Positions 58,771 to 64,000 of a stretch of DNA of 64,000 nucleotides are shown here, one piece after another (position 1 is the first letter of the stretch; every line of letters begins with the position of its first letter). The stretch is from assembly GCA_010909165.1 (NCBI GenBank), contig MU008183.1, positions 950,114 through 1,014,113 of the forward strand. The letters are read 5' to 3'. The notes below the pieces were generated by a model that was not told the origin of the DNA, searched no databases, and worked only from the letters and a program-made list of their open reading frames with translations. The translations under genes and the position numbers were made by a program. Source of the stretch: Anthoceros angustus (taxonomy: Eukaryota > Plantae > Anthocerotophyta).

Positions 58771-60087
58771 ATGGCGGGCGTCTCGTTCAAGAACGATTTC
58801 TGGGTTTTGAGACATGGGCGCAGCATTCCCAACGAGCAAAGCCTCATTGTGGCCTGCATGGTAGGCTATGGCATGGAATAAGATGGATGCCTTCACATGT
58901 TGCCAGAACTCAGCTGGAGCTTCAGCTGTCTCCTATCACTCGGTTTTGTGGCTGTAATGTGGACGGTGGGACTGCTTCTGTTCTGTTGCAGGAGAATGGG
59001 GTCTTGCCACAATACGAGCTCGCGCCCTTAGGGCTTGAGCAAGCACGAAATGCCGGAAAGCTTTTGTCTAAGGTGAGTGAAGAAGGTTGCTGCTGCTCTG
59101 GAGCTTGAATCCTAACCGATGAAAGTGGTGAGTGAGGAATGCTGCTGCTGCTCCGGAGTTTGAATCCCTTCGGATCCTCACTGAGCACTGCCTTGTTCCA
59201 TGTGCTGTGACATGCTGCTCAAAAACAAGTTGTTGATGGATGTCTGTGACATGCTGCTCATAGGCTTAGGTTTGCTGATGCATGTCGCAGGAGCTTCAAG
59301 ATGCCGGTACACCACTGGACAAGGTCCGGATCTATGCTTCCCCTTTCAGCCGGACAAAACACACGGCAGAGGTTGTAGCTAGCGTCTTGGATCCAAGTGC
59401 AAGCGTGCTTCACGTTCAGGTAGGTTGGTGCTATGTCCTGGATCACAAACCTTCCTCATCCTGACGACCATGGTGCCATGTGTCTTGACAAGTGATGATG
59501 CCTGCTCCTTACTGCAGTTTTTGGAGGACTTGCGTGAACGATACTTCGGGCCTGGCTTCGAGCTGCAGTCTCATGACTTGGTAAGAGCTATTCCAGAACT
59601 AAATTCCTCCCTGTTCTCCTTCCTTCCTCCATTGCTTGCCCTTCATCCCACACACACCCTTCACTCCCTGTGCAGTACAAAGATATATTTAAGATGGACG
59701 AGCACGACCCCATGGTCGGCCCCGAAGGTGGTGAGAGTGTGGCTGATGTTGCACGAAGAGTGTCCAGAGTCATCCTCGATCTGGAGAACAAGCACGAGGG
59801 GTACTGTATCCACATGGACACCATCCCTCATCTTCCCCCATTCTTCTCTTCAACCAACTCTGACATGCTTGCTTCCTCTCAGATGCACCATCCTGCTGGT
59901 GAGCCACGGTGACCCACTCCAGATTCTCCAAACTGTGGTGGAAGGGGCGGTGCATGGAGCGGTGACATTGGAGAACCAAGCATCGGAGCCCTTGTCGACA
60001 TGCTTCGAGAAGGCTCTGGTGCCTTCCATCCTCGCTCATCACAGACGCCACCCATTTCAAACCGGCGAGCTCAGACGACTTGTCTGA
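58771..60087 (+). CDS. Histidine phosphatase / phosphoglycerate-mutase family protein, multi-exon
   Basis: WVLRHGRSIPN (RHG motif), IYASPFSRTKHTA, DLRERYFG, PEGGESVADV and LLVSHGDPLQILQ, joined by GT-AG introns. Confidence 0.93.
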
Positions 60088-61175
60088 GGTTTCTTCACCA
60101 AGCCATCTAAGGGCAGAGCAAGCATGTGCCCCATGCACGAGACGTCTTATCTGGCTCAAACTCTTGAAATATCACTACTTCTTAATGCCTTCATGTCACT
60201 GCTCACATTGAACCTTGAGGGAAATTCCCTTTGAAACAAGCACTTCCACTGATCTTTCTTCCTCCAGTTTCCTCGAGGACACCAAGGCAACAAATTAGGA
60301 AACTGTTTCCCCTTGCATTTCACGTGGTTGAATTGGACTCTCAGTTATAAGGTTTGTGAGCCTCTCACGAGTCACAGTGAGATCCGTGCCTGGAGCCGGA
60401 TACGATTCGGCCGCCTATTTTAACCGGCGCTGTTGCTCGCCGTCTGAAATTGATGTCTCGGGAAGCGCGCGAAGGAGCTTTGTGCTTTCACGTGTCCGGA
60501 GCCAACTTGGCGATGGAAAGGCTGGGGATTTGATACCCACTTTAATTAACTCCGACAGGGCAGAGAGGCGCAGGTGTCGGGCGCCGAGCGGCGTCCCCTC
60601 CCGCCTGACCATCCGGACATCTGTCGCTGTCTTTCTTCTCACGTCCCAACGTGAAAATTTCGACGCGGCTATGGCGTCTTTGCTGCCGCCCTGATGCAGC
60701 CAATGTGCACCTACGCCGCCCCTGGTATGTAACGTCACGTCGCCTTTTTGCCCGGGCAGCTCGCCAAACGTGCCGCCAGCGCTATTGCCTTTCTTTGCCG
60801 GCGTTGTGTGATCTTGTTTTGGTCTTGCTCGGCTGTGGTTGTTGAAAGAGCGGGTTTGGTGCGGCTTTCTGCCGAATTTTAGAGTGCTAGGATCGGTTTG
60901 GTGTGGTTTTGTGGCGGAATTGGAATGAAAGTGTCGGGTTGTGGATTTGCGGCGGGTTTGAGAGTGGAAGGTTTGGTTTGTGTGGTTTTGCGGTGGATTG
61001 GAGAGCGGGAGCATGGGTTTGGTGGTTGGTTGTGGATTTGAGAGCTGGAGCATCGGTTGGTGCGTTTTGTGGCGGATCTTGTAGGAGAAAAGGGAGGAAT
61101 GTGCATTGTGTGTCATTTTACAGTGTGTTGAGGTTTGAGACTTTTGTTTGGCAGAGGTGCGTGGAGGTGGCAAGG

Positions 61176-63566
61176 ATGGCGTGCCGAAACAGGCCGCGGC
61201 CGCCGGATTTGCGGGCCTTGTGCAGGCTCATTTCGTGCCACCAGTCCATTCGGACTTTTTGCGTAGATCAGGAGCTGCTACGGAGCTCCTCTTGGGGGCC
61301 ATCTCTAGCTGCGGGAGCCGGGAAAGATGTGCGGGGTGATGTAGAGTCCGGAGGTGCGCCTGGCGTGCCTGTGCGGAAGGGCCAGCTGGAAGTCTGTGGT
61401 GGTGGAGATAGACGAACGGAGTTGGCACCAGCCAAGGGTTCCGCAGTTCAAGGATCAAAGGGAATGAATTCTGATCAGGGTGCGGTTCGAGGAGTGGAGG
61501 GAGCTTGTCTGGGGGTGCCGCCGGGAACTGCAGCTGGCGCCGAAGACATGGCTTCTTCGGGAGGAGATGGAGGACAGGTGACTGCGCTCAAGAGGCGGAG
61601 GCTCGATGAGGATGTGGCGGAGGGTATATGCCCCCGGCAGACTCGTTTGCGGCTCGCCAGTGATGGTGAGGGCGCTTCTGGTGTCAGATCGAGTCTCGGT
61701 AGACAAACTGAAAAGACGGATTTGGCTTCTTTCGCGAACGCAGGAGGACCTGCGAGGGTTCAAGGTGCGGAATGTGAAGCTCAAGATGCACAGAAGGCAG
61801 TTCAAAATGCAAAAACGTCTGCCATGGCCGACCAATTGGTCGGGTGTTGGCTGAGGTGGTTGGACGAAGGTGTGGTGGTTGGTAGTGGTGACCAGGAGTG
61901 GCCACCTCCCTTTCGGTGTAACGAGGTCCCCTGGAGGAGGGAAACTCAAGAAGAGGTAGCGTGCGAGCAGGATGATGGCGGCATTTGTATCCAAGACCCC
62001 CTCAAAACTTTGGGTGAAGACATTCTGTACCAGATTCTCTCACATTTGAATGCTCACAGCTTGGCACGCTGCTCAGTCCTGTCGAAGGATTGGGCAAAAC
62101 TGGCGTTGGACGACTACCTTTGGCGTCCTAAGGTTTGTGTGACGTTCATTTCCAATTTCTTCCCTGCACTTTTTCTTTCCTCTCTTAGCGTTCGTGGTAT
62201 GTACTGTGGTGGGGCTGACTTTAAACGATTGCCGCAGTGTGAGCATCTGTGGACTGGGAAAGCTCATTTGCCGCGTGCCGCAATGCTGGATGGTTTACCC
62301 AAGGCGGCAGCATACTCCAAATCTGTACACGACTCGCAGCGTGTAAGTTAAATCATTCGAAACCCTTCTGAGCAGCTGACAGATGTAACCGATTCCGACG
62401 TTCGGGCAGCAGGATCAGCTGCACCTTGCTTCTTGAAGTGTGGAACCGTTGGCTTGAACTTGTCACGGAAGCGAGAGACGACTGCAATCAAGATGGCATC
62501 TGGAGGATCTGTGTTCTCTCGTTTCGGTGGACTTGTGCCCTGTAACGTTGCCAACTAACTACCTTTATGCCTCCCGTTGCAGGTGGACATCACCCAGGAG
62601 GACCTCTGTGATCATGAGTGGAACTTCCGCTTCAAGAACGTAAGTATCTTTGTCCCTGGTTGCCTCTAGACGTTTAGCGATCTAGGTATGCGACCGTTTG
62701 TCGTGTCTTGTGGACAGTGGAATGGTTGAACCATTCTAGTTTCAGCCTGTATGGAAAGTTGAGGAGCTTTGATGCAGTCTGATGTTCCTTTTTACCGCTG
62801 AGGTTTCATTTCGTTGATTCGATCACTTGTGCACTTGTCTAAACTTATGGAATAATGTGGTGCTACGTAGTCTCCAGCATGCATCTGAACGTCTGCAGAG
62901 TTGGGGCACACAGCGTTGTCGCCATTGTTAAGGTTTGGCTTCATGGAGGCTGTCGGTAGTAGAGGGTGAGCTTGTTTTTCGAATGCAGCTTGTTTTCCGA
63001 ATGCAATCATCTGACTTTGTCCTTGCAGCAGTCTGTCCTGTTGGTCATCTCACATTTTAATCTCGCTTTGTCTGCAACAAGCGGCTGTTGTGCCCCCTTC
63101 CCCCACCTTCTTGCTTGTATTCAGGGTATCCCCCCCGCCCCCTTCCTCCTTGTATTCAGGGGTATCTCCAGCCCATCTGACCTCCTCCCACATGTGACAT
63201 GCACAGTGTGCACCAGCCTACTGGCTGAACCGGGATCCGAGCTGGCGAGGAGACGGATCTCCCATGAAGCGCTTCTTCCACCGGGACTGGTCGCATACCG
63301 CTGGAGCCGACGACCTGGTCTGGGGAGGCCATGAGAGCAACTACACTCTCACTGATGAGACGGCTGAGGATGGTACGGCCTCCCACCGGTCTGTGAGGAT
63401 CAACCACTGGCCAAAGCTCTCAGTCGTCAGAACGAAGGACTGGGGTTGGCAGCTGAGCAATCGCTTTTGCTTGTATCAAAGTGTTCCCGACTTCCGGAAG
63501 GCAGGTGGTACAGGACCAATATACAGTCCACCCCCCCTAATTGGGACTGGTTCGGAGTGCCTTTAG
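61176..63566 (+). CDS. F-box protein with a conserved plant C-terminal domain, 4 coding exons; long low-complexity N-terminus
   Basis: DPLKTLGEDILYQILSHLNAHSLARCSVLSKDW..LA.DDYLWRPK|CEHLWTGKAHLPR..|VDITQEDLCDHEWNFRFKN|CAPAYW..DPSW..PMKRFFH..VWGGHE..VRINHWP...DWGWQLSN. The start codon is uncertain. Confidence 0.85.
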
Positions 63567-64000
63567 AGATCCCATTAAGGGAGGTGTCCCGATTATATTT
63601 TTCCTATTTAAAAATAATAAAAATATTATAAACTCTAAAAATTATAAAATACCCAAATAAAAGAAAATTTTAAATTTTGATTGATAGGTTTCACTAAAAA
63701 TAATTTTTATCACTTCTCCATATAGTTGTTTGAAAGCTAAAACTCTCTCCAAGCAACATCAAAAAACCTCTACCTACCATAAAGGAAAAAGCTTAGCTTA
63801 AGAGTCTTCAATCACAACTAAAAGTCTATTGTGCTCTGAAATAATTGATTTTTTCTTTTTTTTAATTTTTATTAGTAAAAAAATTAGAAATCCCATTTAG
63901 GGATGTAAAACTAACATGAATGTATGTTTCAAAAGGTCCCAATTATCATTTAGGGAAAAGTCCCATTTATTACATTGTAAACTAAATGGAGTAGGATGGG

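Noticed and set aside
60415-61173. 252-aa minus-strand ORF and G/T-rich degenerate repeats
   Set aside because: Low-complexity leader/intron DNA of the F-box gene; the ORF is compositional.
1-64000. tRNA, rRNA, snRNA, CRISPR arrays, telomeric arrays
   Set aside because: No such signatures were seen; tandem repeats lack unique spacers, and TTTAGGG occurs only singly.

Overview
Nuclear DNA from a non-seed land plant, most likely a hornwort (alternatively a fern or lycophyte). The evidence is a DYW:KP-type and a WW-type PPR editing factor, the centriole gene POC1, and compact genes with short introns. Host genes: PLS-class PPR (9977-13768), NF-YB, Alfin-like PHD, LPAT4/5-like acyltransferase, steroid 5-alpha-reductase-like, POC1, BLISTER, MND1, UIEF-like export factor, serine racemase, a histidine-phosphatase/PGM-family gene and an F-box gene. 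Two transposon graveyards are present. The first (~0.3-10 kb) holds a probable Ulp1-like relic, a two-ORF PIF/Harbinger remnant and LTR-like DNA. The second (~35.4-45.1 kb) holds CRE-clade-like LINE fragments, a copia RT, a Sola-like transposase and GCGC-rich inserts. Two observations stand out. (i) A PPR with an intact, homogenised RNA-binding array but a catalytically dead WW-type DYW tail lies tail-to-tail, 50 bp from a frameshifted DYW:KP (U-to-C editor type) pseudogene that keeps the Zn motifs but has lost most of its array. (ii) A tandem pair of intronless orphan genes (51803-53485, 54695-56476) encodes very acidic proteins built from a ~48-aa repeat, with a conserved SPKRKR motif, conserved downstream blocks and an overlapping Arg-rich frame. 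All identifications come from motif recognition by eye; no database search was run.
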